A DNA stretch of 64,000 nucleotides from Octopus bimaculoides (Eukaryota), in NCBI RefSeq assembly GCF_001194135.2, contig NC_068994.1:44950260-45014259 (forward strand). Direction: 5' to 3'. The notes beneath the pieces are model-generated. The model made no database searches. It saw only the letters and a program-made list of their open reading frames with translations, and was not told where the DNA came from. The number at the start of each line of letters is the position of its first letter. The first letter of the stretch is position 1. Position numbers and translations under genes: made by a program. Shown piece by piece: positions 14,296 to 26,310 of the stretch.

Positions 14296-15143
14296 CAGGG
14301 TGCGGTGAATAAACTGTCCTCTAAATTGCACAAAAATGAAAATAACACTGACATCTCATTTTAACAGATATACTTACCAAAATTACATAACAAAATCTTG
14401 AAATACTAATCAGTAAATTTATTCAATGAAATTGCCATTGGCTTCAACCACTGGCACCAGATGACTTCGGAATCTCCTGCAACTCTTTTGGACAGTCTCC
14501 TTGTTTAAGTTGGTGAATGCTGCCATAATTCTTGACTTCATTTCATCTTTGGTGTTACAAGGAGTTCTGTTGGTCTCTCGCTCAACTGCGCCCCACACAT
14601 AATAATCAAGGAGGTTGCAGTCTGGGGAGTTAGGTGGCCAGATGTTAGGGGTGATGTGGTCGCAGAAATTGTCTGGCAGCCATGACTGGGTTTTCCTGCC
14701 TGTGTGGCATGGTGTAGAGTCCTGTTTCCAGATATAGGGTCTTGATCCAAGGCAGCACTAGCTCCCCCAGGTACTTGATGTAGGCCTTCATGTTGAGTCT
14801 GAAGCTGTGTGGGAAGATGAATGGAGGCATAACGTTGCCATCACTAGTGATCACTCCAAACACCATGATATTGACTGGATGTTTGATTTTTATCACTCTC
14901 AGTACATGTCCTCAGATTGACAAGCAAACACTCTGAAATGTTTGTATTGGAGCTTCCGGCACGAATGCCAAGCAGTACAGCANNNNNNNNNNGGCAGAGT
15001 GAATTGTGTCATAGTGCTGTTTTTCTCACAGACAGCGCCCAGCTGACCCTACTATACTGTGTAGTCGATAAAATCAAAAACAAACAATGTGCATGTGCAA
15101 AATTAAAAATATAAAATGGTGACAGTTTACCCATCACACTCTG
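14296..15143 (-). mobile_element. Internally deleted Tc1/mariner element, DD37D (maT-type) transposase pseudogene
   Basis: Imperfect TIRs cagggtgcggtgaataaactgtc (14296) and gacagtttacccatcacactctg (15121-15143). Minus strand reads IKIKHPVNIMVFGVITSDG... then, after a frameshift, PYIWKQDSTPCHTGRKTQSWLPDNFCDHITPNIWPPNSPDCNLLDYYVWGAVER. There are 37 residues between the 2nd and 3rd catalytic D. Confidence 0.9.
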
Positions 15144-15386
15144 TTTAGTGGAAAATAAAGATGGACACAAGCATATGTTTTACCATTGCAATGGTGAAAC
15201 GTATGTAGTAACTAATAATTAATCTTTGTGTTTGTCTTAATTTTCCCACACATATACTCTGTATATCATATTAGTAACACTACTAAGTACAGTGTCCAAC
15301 CAACCACTATATGGGAAGCTGATAGGATAATGACAATCTACATGGAGTTCTAACTCCTACAGAAGTACTTAGTTGTACATCTAACT

Positions 15387-15655
15387 CAGTAGTTCTCAAC
15401 CAGGGTCCATGTGGCCCTTGGCGGGGGGTGGGCATGTAAGATTTTGTTGTTAAGATTTATCAGCAGTAAATTGCTTTTACTTCTACAATATTCAAAATAT
15501 TTCAATATTTTTTTTTTTTATAATTCCTAGTAATATTCAATTATAAAAATGTAATATAAGTCTTTGAAACTTCGAATGGTTTTGAGGGTCCATCTGATTA
15601 AAATGGGAATGTAAGGGGTCCATAGTTAAAAAAAAAAAAATGTTGAGAAACACTG
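15387..15655. mobile_element. hAT (Charlie-like) MITE
   Basis: TIRs cagtagttctcaac / gttgagaaacactg with a perfect 8-bp TSD atctaact (15379-15386 and 15656-15663). Confidence 0.88.
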
Positions 15656-17197
15656 ATCTAACTGCACACACACACACACGCAATTCCAGTCGATCAGTCA
15701 CTGGAACTAGCTCGTTGCTGACGTTGCAGTCTAAGTGGCTGATTATTCTACAGACGTGTGTAGGCTTGAAGTAATCCTTTGGATGAATCAGGGTAATAAG
15801 GCTTGGATGCTTGAAATTACAGTCACAAAGTTTCTGTCTATCCAATTTCATTCACAAGTTTTGGGTCAACTTGAGATTATATTGAAAAAAACACTTGTTC
15901 AGTGTGTTGTGCTGAAGGATTGAACCTGAAACTTCATGAAGGTCTTGTGAATATTTCGGCCATGTCTGCAACAAGATATTTACAAGTATGCATGTATGCA
16001 CACATTCATTCATACATATGTATTATGTGAGGGTGCATAGCCTAATGGTTGGTGTGTTGCAAGACGAGACATACACACATACACATGGCAACTTTGGTTG
16101 GCCTGGGGCTATAGTAGAAGATAATTACTCAAGGTACCATACAGTGGGACTGAACCCCAAACCATTTGGTCCAGAAGTGAATTTCTTAATCACACAGCCA
16201 TGCCTACACTTATACATTAAATACACATTTACATTCCTGATTCCCATAATACTTCTGCATCAGGCCAAACTGAATATTAATAAATATTAATCTCATTAGC
16301 GTCACCACAATATATTATACTAAAATCAGACATGGGTAACAGTGTATGTAGCAGAGACAACATTGATTTTATACTAAATAAATTATAAGAATATATTAGT
16401 TGAACCTAACAAAAATCTTTCAAAATCCTAGTAAAAAGGTATGTTTATATAAGCATGATTTTGCATAAGCTATAAATAAAAAGAATTAAAAGTCGTAAAG
16501 ACCTACATATAGTTAGAATGTTGTCAATTGCCCATACCTGTTATAAAAGGTATTGATGTTATTGTATCTGTTGATATCTAAACGCTTCTACTCCCTGTCT
16601 GTATACCTTTAAAAATTATATTGTGCATCCTAAGAGTTAAGGTCAGTGAGGAATAAATCTGTTCTGCCACCCTGTTGCAGGTTACAACTTCTTCATAATC
16701 TCTTAATTATGCAGCTGACAGCTGAGAGTGAACTAGAGCAATGGTGAGTTAAGAGTGTTTGCTCTCTACACTGATTCATTGATAGTTGATATTTTCCTGA
16801 AATGATGCCAGTCGTCTCATCTTTTAAAGGTAGCACCCATTCTAGTATGTCCACATTCCGATGGTGTTTTAATTTTTGCCTTTCATCTTTCCAGAGTGGA
16901 TAAAATGTATATCAGTCAATTACTGTGATTGATATAATCAACTGTAAAACACCCCCCTCTCTTTCTCTCTCTCTCTCTCTCTCTCACCCTTCTCTGTATC
17001 TGATTGTTATAATAAACTGTAGGGTTAGGGTACTCTGTTTGTCTCTCTCTTCCCCTCCCTCTCTCTCTTCCCATCTCTCCCCTGCTCCCCCTCCCCCCTC
17101 TCTCTCAATTTGAGCCAGTGTTAGAAATCAATATGTTCTTAATAAATGGCAATGCTGCTACAGCAGCAAAAATAGTACTATGTAAGACTAAATAACT

Positions 17198-17230
<33 letters not shown>

Positions 17231-18447
17231 AAAACAATATATGAGTATATGCATATATATGTACATGTATGTACATACCTTCATCTACATGTACATATAG
17301 GTACATATCTGGGTACATGACGTTGCAAAAGAACATGGACAAAATGATAAACAAGGTACAACAAACAAGCAGGCCACATAGAGAACATATCCTTCATCAG
17401 CTGCCACCATTAAAACACTGGCGTTTCGAAGAGTATATATAGGAGTGGCTGTGTGGTAAGTAGCTTGAATGATTCAGTCAAACAGATTCATTCACATTAC
17501 TTTTTTTTTGTTTGTTTTTAAAGTTTGGTACTTATTCTGTCAGTCTTTTATTTTTGCCAAACCATTAAAGTTTTGGGGGTATAAACAAACCAACACCAGT
17601 TAAGTGGTGGAGACTAATGCAAAGACACACACACACACAACATATATATAGAGATGCTGCACTTTCACACAGTATCTGTACTAAATTCACTCACAAGGTA
17701 TTGATCAGCCCAAGGTTATAGTAGTAGATACTTGCCCCAGGTACTGTGCAGTGGGTTTGAACCTGCAACCATGTGGTTGCAGAGTGTGCTTCCTAACCAC
17801 ACAGCTATACTCTTTCTACTTAGCTTTGTACTGTGCTTATACTATTTCTACTTAGCTTTGTATATATTTTATCTCCTTGTGCCAATACAAAGCAGTCAGT
17901 TTTCTTAACTAAAATTTGCTTTCAATCCAAAGTTGATTTTTTTTTTTTTTTTTAAATAATTAGAATTTTTTTCAGTTTTATTTTCAAAATAATGAAATAT
18001 TATTCTCTGTGGTAAATGTTCTAAACTTGAGAGAAATGGGTTAAAATTGAACACGCCCTTGTAATATAATAAACTGCAATAAATTATTTTATTGTTAACG
18101 GTTAATCCTGCATTACAACTGATGCTGTGGAATATTAGTTTAAATAAAATGGGATAATAATATACTAAATATATATTTATGGGTTAACATCTTGGTTATG
18201 CTGATGTTTGTTCAAAAAAGTTAAACTATATTTGTCTTTATCTTTTACTTGTTTCAGCCATTTGACTGCGGCCATGCTGGGGTACCACTTCAAAGGGTTT
18301 TAGTCTAATAAATCAACCCCCCAGGACATTTTTTAAAGCCTAGTACTTATTCTATCTCTTTTGCCTAACTGCTACATTACAGGGATGTAAACACACCAAC
18401 ACTGGTGTCAAGCAGTGGTCAAGGACAAAGGCAGTCACAAAGACACA

Positions 18448-18494
<47 letters not shown>

Positions 18495-19629
18495 GGTTTG
18501 ACAAGAGCTGGTGAACCAGAGGATTGCTCCAAGCTCCACCGTCTGCTTTGGCATGGTTTCTTTGACAGGATACCCTTCCTAATGCTAATCACTTTATAGA
18601 GTGCACTAGGTGCTTTTTTTACATGGTACCAGTACCAGTGAGGTTACCAAGTAACTCACAAAACAAAACAAGACTCCCTTAACTAAGGTGTGTTGAGGGC
18701 GATTGTATTGGGGGAGTTGGTTTCATACTCGATGATAAGAGGTTAAAATATGATAGAGGGACAGAAACAGGTGTATTAGTGTAGATGAAGTACAAGGCTA
18801 CTCCAGCTGGGAAAAAAGAAATGAGAGAGAGAGAGAGAGAGAGAGAGTGAGAAAGAGAGGAAAGATGTGAGAAAAGTGCAACACTTGAACTGTACAGTCC
18901 TGAAACACACAATATCACAAGAAACATACTAACCTTGCTGACATTCATGTTGAAAGAAGTAAAGGATTCTCTAATGTTAAGAGTCCCTCATATTACAGGG
19001 AGATGTATATAAGTGAAGTGGCACAGAGAATTGGACAAGGTGAGAAGTTTACAAGAGTGCGAAAGAAGAGTGGAAGATGAGGAGAGTGAATATGAGTGGA
19101 GGAGGAGTTGTTTGGAAGAAGAGTTGTGGCAGGGGTGATGTTAGGAAGAATAACATATAGATGTAACAATAATATACTCTTCGGCCCCAACTCCCAAACA
19201 TTGATTCTTTGTGATCGGTGCAAAGAAATCAGTTTTAATAATATTTCAAAAGATGTATAAACCTTATATGAATATAATCACTATGGGAATGTATGTGTAT
19301 ACAGCTGTATCTGCATACACTTAGGCATACATCCATATATATATATATATATGTATGGCATATACCTAAGTGTATATAATTATGTGATTGTGCGGCTGTA
19401 TTTGTGTGTGTGTGTATTGATGTGATTCTATGTGTATTTGTGTGCAGATGTATATGTGTGTTGTGCATGTGTAGCTATGTATACTGTGTTTGTTTTTGGG
19501 TGTATTTATTTATTTGAGACTATGTATGATACATGTATGAGAAAATGTAGTAGACATGTGGGTGTTTATTCCAAGTCATTCAAGATTGATTAGCTTAGCT
19601 TCCTCTTGTCGACTGTGTTTTAGCACTCT

Positions 19630-19665
19630 GTTTCCATGGTAACAGAAGCAAAGACTACAATTTCG
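19630..19665. promoter_or_regulatory. Candidate promoter: RFX X-box plus GACTACAA motif
   Basis: GTTTCCATGGTAAC (19630-19643) fits the X-box consensus GTHNYYATRRNAAC. gactacaa at 19653-19660 resembles the ZNF143/THAP11-type ACTACA motif. It is in unique sequence about 3 kb upstream of the first coding exon, with a possible donor aaaa|gtaaga near 19755. Confidence 0.5.
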
Positions 19666-21111
19666 CTTCTCACTCACTCCCAGCCCTCCTTAACCCATTA
19701 TATTGAAATTTCTTTCTGTTCAAGGAGATTGATTGGAGGGCAAACAAAATTAAAAGTAAGACACTAGGATCTGAGGAAACTAGTAATGATATGTGTCTAC
19801 AAATAGTAATACAAATAGGTCACACAACACAATAGGTTTTTTATGTTGTGAGGAAGAAGAGAAAGAAGTTTAATGTTTCCAGCAGAGCCCTTTGTCCAAG
19901 AGAAATGGACTTTAATTAAGTACAACAATGTGAGCATTATGATTATTTAAAGGTAGCAGAGAGGGGAAATCGGTAGAGAAATTGTACAGTTGTGTTCTAG
20001 ATATTAAATCTTACCTGAGTTGCCATTGCCTTTCATCTTTTCGGAGTCGATAAACTCAAGTACAGGTAGGTATAGGATTGATAAAAGCAAGTACAATTCA
20101 AGTACTGAGTAAATTAAGGCACCAGTCAAGTACTGGGGAGGTGTGGATCCAATAAAATAAAGTACCTATCAAGTACTGGACTTGATAATAAAAAAAAAAG
20201 TCCCAGTTAGTTATTGGGTAAAATAAAGTAAAATAAAATACCAATGGTTGATGAAATGAAGTAACAGTCAAGCATTGGGGTTGATTTAATCGAATGTACC
20301 TTCTGCCAAATGTGTGGTCTTAGGCCAGTGTTACAAATTTTTATTAAATATTCCTGACTAAACTGGTGCATGTGCTTGTCTAATTGCTATTGGTCGAGTA
20401 GCCCATCCCACTCAAAAGGTCCCTGAATTAGGGTTGCTTAAGGATGTTGAACGAAACACCCATGTTTCCAGAGGTGAATTATCCAAACCCCAAAGAATTC
20501 CACTCCACACATGACTATGATGCTCCCCCACTACTTCTGCTCATGATCAGAGATGCATATATCGTCAGCCACTAAGGGACATGCTCAACTGGTTAAGGTC
20601 AAACAACTGACAAGAAAATCTGTGGTATTGAGCAGAATATTTGCTATAACGATATTTTATACGAAGACAAAACAATGTACATGATAACACTTCCAATCAA
20701 TTAAGATCAGAAGCCATGAGAGCCACTGCCTGGTACAGCATCAGGGCATTTATTTTTATTATTAATATGGTGATGGATTGGTAAAATCATTAGAGCATCG
20801 AGAAAATGCATTGTGGCATTTGTTCTATCTCTATGGTCTGTGTTCAATTCCCACCAAGGTCAACTTTGCCTGCTTTTCATCCCTCAGGTCGTACATAGTT
20901 CAGTAGTGGGGGTTGGGTTTGATATAATCATCTAAATCCCTCCTCCAACGTTTGAGGAACATCATTATTTAATGGTCGAGTAATAGAAAATGATAGATTT
21001 GCAGATATAAATGTCTCATAGTACTTTGTCCTTCTCTTCTGATTTTGATCAAAATATGTACCAATCATGTGACCATACATCTTAACTAAAATTTGTCACT
21101 CATTGCTAGGT

Positions 21112-21161
<50 letters not shown>

Positions 21162-21414
21162 GATTATTAGTATTTGTGTTTGTTATTATTATTCTTTTTT
21201 TAAACTGATGTATGCTATGTATACGTCATTTCTTTCATTTATACTATATACTGTGTATACTTTCTACATTTTATTTCATCATTCCATACCATGTAAATCA
21301 CCACGTTTTATGTCTGTCTTTGTATTGTCGCCCCTCATCCTTTGCCCTGATGCTAAATAAAAGAAATTATTATTATCATCATCATCATCATCATCATTAT
21401 TATTAAGAAGATAA

Positions 21415-22329
21415 TGAGCTGGCAGAATTGTTAGCATGTTGGATGAAATGCTTAGAGGCATTTCTTCCGGCTCTTTACTTTCTAGGTTCAAATTCTGCTA
21501 AGCTTGAGTTTTCCTTTTCATCCTTTCGGGGTTGATGAAATAAGTACCATTTGAACACCAAGGTTGATGTAATTGACTAGCTCCACCCCCACCCAAACTT
21601 TTAGCCACATGCCTATAAAAGAAAGAATTATTATTATTATTATTATTATTAAGGTGACAAGCTGGCAGAATCGTTAGCATGTCATAAGGTGGCATGCTGG
21701 CAGAAACGTTAGCGCGCCGGACGAAATGCTTAGCGATATTTCGTCTGCCGTTATGTTCTGAGTTCAAATTTCACCGAGGTCGACTTTGCCTTTCATCCTT
21801 TCAGAATCAATGAAATTAAGTACCAGTTACGCACTGGAGTCGATGTAATCGACTTGATCCCTTTGTCTGTCCTTGTTTGTCCCCTCTGTGTTTAGCCCCT
21901 TGTGGGCAATAAAGAAATAAGAATCGTTAGCATGTCAGGCAAAATGCTTAGCGGCATTTCGTCGATCTTTATGTTCTGAGTTCAAATTCTGTTGAGTTCG
22001 ACTTTACCTTTCATCCTTTTGAGGTTAGGACCAGTTGAGTATTGGGGTCAATGTAATCGACTTACCCCTCCCCCAAAATTTCAGGCCTTGTACCTTTAGT
22101 GGAAAGGATTATTATTATTATTATGGTGAGTTGGCAGAATCATTAGCGAGTTGGACAAAATGCTTAGTGGCATTTCTTCCTACTCTTCGCTTTCTAGGTT
22201 CAAATTCTGCCAAGGTCAGCTCTGCCTTTCAGGGTAGATAAAACGAGTACTAGTCAAGTACTGGAGCGGATGAAATTAACTAGCTCCATCTCCCAAAATT
22301 TCAGACCCTCAGCTAGAATGAAAAGAGGG

Positions 22330-22369
<40 letters not shown>

Positions 22370-23194
22370 GGGCAGTGAGCTAGCAGAGTCATTAGCATGC
22401 CAGGCAAAATGCTTTGCAGCATTTCGTCCATCTTTACATTCTGAGTTCAAATTCCACCAAGGCTGACTTTATCTGTCAACCACCTTTTGAGGTTGATAAA
22501 CTAAGTAAGTACCAGTTGAACTCTGGGGTAGAGGTAATCAACGTAGCCTTTCCCCAGTAATTGCTGGTCTTATACCTAAATTTGAAATTATTATTATTAT
22601 TTGCATTCTCACCAGCTTCTTTTTTTTTTTTTCTCACACTTCTCTTCTTTATAGCATCTGTGCACGCATCATGTCATCTGCGAACATACATACCCATAAT
22701 TATCTCACAGGAGATACCTGGGACAATGAATGCTTTACTTCTAAGGGCCAGAGAAAGTACTCTGACAAGCACATGAACAGAACCAACAGACAGAAATCCC
22801 AAAACAATCGCCTCTCTAACACAGATGCCAAGATCATTGAGCAAGGTAAACAACGGTGGCAGGAAAAATGCAATTCGCTCGTAACATCCCGCACGCAGAA
22901 GAAAAAAGAAACTAAACCTCAAACCGTTAATGTGAGTCCTAGCTAAATCCCACATCACCATGTTCTGTTTGTTTTTTTTATTTTAATTTTATTTATTTGT
23001 TCATTCCTTTATTTATACATGTATTTAGTAATTTATGATTATTATTATTATTATTATTTAAATTCCGCTGAGGTCAACTTTGCCTTTCATCCTTTTAGGG
23101 GTCAATAAATTAAGTACCAGTGAAACACTGGGGTCAATGTAATTGACTAGACCTCTTCCCCAAAATTTCAGGCCTTGTGCCTTTAGTAGAAAGG

Positions 23195-23246
<52 letters not shown>

Positions 23247-24148
23247 TGAGTTTAAATTCTGCTGAGGTCAACTTTGTCTTTCATCCTTTTGGAGTTGATA
23301 AAATAAGTACCAGTTGAACGCTGGGGTTTATGTAATTGACTAGTCCCCTTCCCCCAAATTTCAGGCCTTGTGCCTATAATAGAAAGGATTATATTACATT
23401 CTCCTTAGACGGCCAGCTGGCAGAAGCGTTAGCACGCCGGGCGAAATGCTTAGTGGTATTATTGTCCATCTTTATGTTCTGAGTTCAAATTGCACCAAGG
23501 TCGACTTTGCCTTTCACCCTTTCGGGGTTGATAAGTACCAGTGAAACACTGGGGTCGATGTAATCAACTCATCCCCTCCCCCCAAATGGCTGCTCTTGTG
23601 GCAAAATTTGAAACCATTATCATTATTATTATTATTATTAGCTGGCAAAATCGTTACCACCCTGTGCAAAATGCTTAGCAGCATTTTGTCTGTCTTTGCA
23701 TTCTGAGTTCAAATTCTGCCACAGTTGACTTTGCCTTTCATCCTTTCAGGGTTGATTAAATAAGTACCAGTAGAGCAATGGAGTCAATGTAATCGACTGA
23801 ACCCCCTCCCCCAAATTTCAGGCCTTGTGTCTATAGTTGAAAGGATTATTATTATAATGAGCTGGCAGAATTGTTAGCATTTTGGACAAAAATGCTTAGC
23901 AGCATTTCTACTGGTTTTACAGTCTTAGTTCAAAAAAGCATTAACACACTGGAAGAAATGTTTAGTGATATTTCACCCATTGCTATGTTCTGAGTTCATA
24001 TTCTCCCGAGGTCGACTTTACCTTTCTACCTTTCGGGGTCAATGACATAAGTGCCAGTTGAGGACTGGGGTCAGTGTGATTGACTAGCCTCCTCCCCACA
24101 AATTCAGGCCTTGTGCCTACAGCAGAAAGGATTATTATTATTATTATA
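21415..24148 (+). mobile_element. Head-to-tail array of about 11 SINE family C copies (MetaSINE-like core) separated by (ATT)n, interrupted by GPAT coding exon 1
   Basis: Repeated units gagctggcagaa..gttagc..aaatgcttag..ctgagttcaaatt..gactttgcctttcatcc..aagtaccagt..cccctcccc..caggccttgtg..agaaaggattatt, all on the + strand. Confidence 0.88.
22671..22931 (+). CDS. GPAM: GPAT1-like coding exon 1 (87 aa N-terminus)
   Basis: Acceptor ttctcttctttatag at 22654, ATG at 22671, open frame MSSANIH...KPQTVN, donor aat|gtgagt in phase 0 matching the next exon. No homology is recognisable in this exon itself. Confidence 0.72.
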
Positions 24149-24257
24149 AAGTTTGGTACTTATTCTGTAGGTCTCTTTTGTCAAACCACTAAGTTACGAT
24201 GACATCAATAAACCAACACTGGTTGTCAAGTAGTTGTGGTAGACAATCACTTTACAT

Positions 24258-24818
24258 CCAGTCCACACTGTAAAAGTGGTTGATATTTGGAAGGGCATAA
24301 AGCCATAAAACCCATTCCAAAGCAAACCTCACTGGTGCTGGTGCCACATAAAAAGCACCCACTCTGTAAAGTGGTTAGTATTAGGAAGGGCATCCAGCTG
24401 TAAAAATCATGCCAAAAGAGACCTCGCTGGTGCTGGTACCACATGCAAATCACCCAGTCCACTCTGTAAAGTGGTTGACATTAGGAAGGGCATCCAGCAA
24501 ATGAACCATACCTCACCAGTGCTGGTACCATGTAAAAAGCATCCAGTCCACTCTGCAAAGAGGTTGGCGTTAGGAAGGGCATCCAGCCATAAAAAGTATG
24601 CCAAACAGACTTTGCTGGTGCTGCTGTCATGTAATAAGCATTCAGTTTATTCTGTAAAGTGTTTGGCATAAGGAAAGGCTTCCAGCTGTAAAAACCATGA
24701 CAAAACAGACATTGGAGCTTGGTGCAGTCCTCTGGCTTGCCAGCTCCTGTCAAACCATCCAACTCATGCCAGCATGGAAGATGGACATTAAATGATGATG
24801 ATGATGATGATGATGATG
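24258..24818 (+). repeat. Family D retroposon with about 5 tandem ~95-100 bp internal units
   Basis: Repeated cactctgtaaagtggttgg..ttaggaagggcatccagc..ctcactggtgctgg units, then a normal 3' end and (GAT)n. Confidence 0.8.
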
Positions 24819-25473
24819 TACACGGATTCCTCACAGTTTCTGTCTAGCAAATTCACTCACAAGGCATTGGTTAGCCTGAAGCTGTTGTAACTATTACCCA
24901 AGGTGCCACACAGTAGGATTGAACTTGAAGTCATGTGGTCGCAACCCATGCTTTAACCTACAGCCATGTCTGAAAGGGAAAATGACAAGTTGGTCATAAT
25001 TGGAGTGTCTTTGATCATAACCTGAGATGGAGCAAAACATCACCACTGGAGACTACTTGGTTCCAACTTGGAACTTTCAGTTTCTTTACCTTTTAACAAG
25101 TTCTAATTTTATACTGAAAAATTCAGTCTGGAATTCTTTTTATTTATTTAGTTAATTGTTTATTCTATTTCATTGTATATGTATTTGTTTCCTTTCTTTT
25201 GTAATATTTTTTCATTTCTAATCAGTAAAAGATTCAGTAGTTTTCATTTTTCTCTTCCTACGTTATACTTTTATTCATTTAATCAATTTTACTTGAGGCT
25301 CAATATAATGTCCTTTGAGAGGTTTCAACAGTTTTCTATCTTATCCTGTACATTTCTGGTACCTATTTGAAATAGAAATTTACTTGAGCAAACAAGAGGG
25401 ACTCAACACAGATGACCGGCCAGATTCCTCTCACAATGAAAGAGAAAATATATTGGACAGTTCCCCAGATAAT

Positions 25474-25913
25474 ACAGTTCTATATTTAAGAGATGAGGAA
25501 TTATGTACATTATTTACATTTGACGGATATTTGTCCTCATCTTAACCTCTACACCATATGCCCATGGGCATATGGCCTAAATAATAATAATAATAATAAT
25601 TAATTCGTTTTATTGGCTACAAGGGCTAATATAAATCAAAAACATGTAAGGACAAAGACAGGACGAAGGTTACATAGGGTTTTGTCTGAAAAGTAGAAAA
25701 AAATGTTTGTGTAAACAGAGGAAAAAACGGAGAAAGATATAACAATTAAAACTCCCAATAGGGGGAAACAACATTGAAAAATACCTTAGGAATGAGAACC
25801 TAGGTTCGAAATTTCCCCAAAACACCTGATGAAGGCTGGAGGGTATATCATCCGAAACATTGTGGTAACAACGAACAAAACGAGGATAAATATCTGTCAA
25901 ATGTAAATAATGT
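25474..25913. mobile_element. Penelope-like element remnants in inverted arrangement, containing a degenerate hammerhead motif
   Basis: 25507-25540 is the reverse complement of 25880-25913. CTGATGA-stem-GAAA at 25826-25857 is typical of PLE terminal repeats. Confidence 0.55.
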
Positions 25914-26278
25914 GGTTCCCCGGATATATGAAAAAATCGGATGACCATAACTGGATTGTTTTTGACCATTGATCCACTCATCTTGGAATGACCTTGGATT
26001 CAACAACAACAACAACACTAAATGCATACAGGAACGTAATGAAATTGGAAAAGCGACAAGGTGTATAAGTAATCATATAATGGAAAGAACATTGGTCTTA
26101 TGGAACTGTCTTAATTCTTGTAAACCAGTTTTGTGTTGATTCGTGATTCTTAGAGCAGCTCCTCATAAGATTTATTTTCCTTACTTTCCTTTCTTTTGTA
26201 ACTAGCAACGTATTAAAATGGTTGCTTGGGGCTTGTTTTATTGTTGATGTCTTACTGCCTTATTGAGAGTGACTTATG

Positions 26279-26310
<32 letters not shown>

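Noticed and set aside
16538-16606. Minus-strand exon candidate with good splice sites
   Set aside because: All three frames contain stop codons.
17380-17430. Minus-strand GAAAC…CTGATGA resembling a hammerhead
   Set aside because: I could not form convincing stems in any circular permutation.
25315-25545. 76-aa ORF inside GPAT intron 1
   Set aside because: It runs into the Penelope-like repeat, has no recognisable homology, and is not needed for frame continuity between exons 1 and 2.
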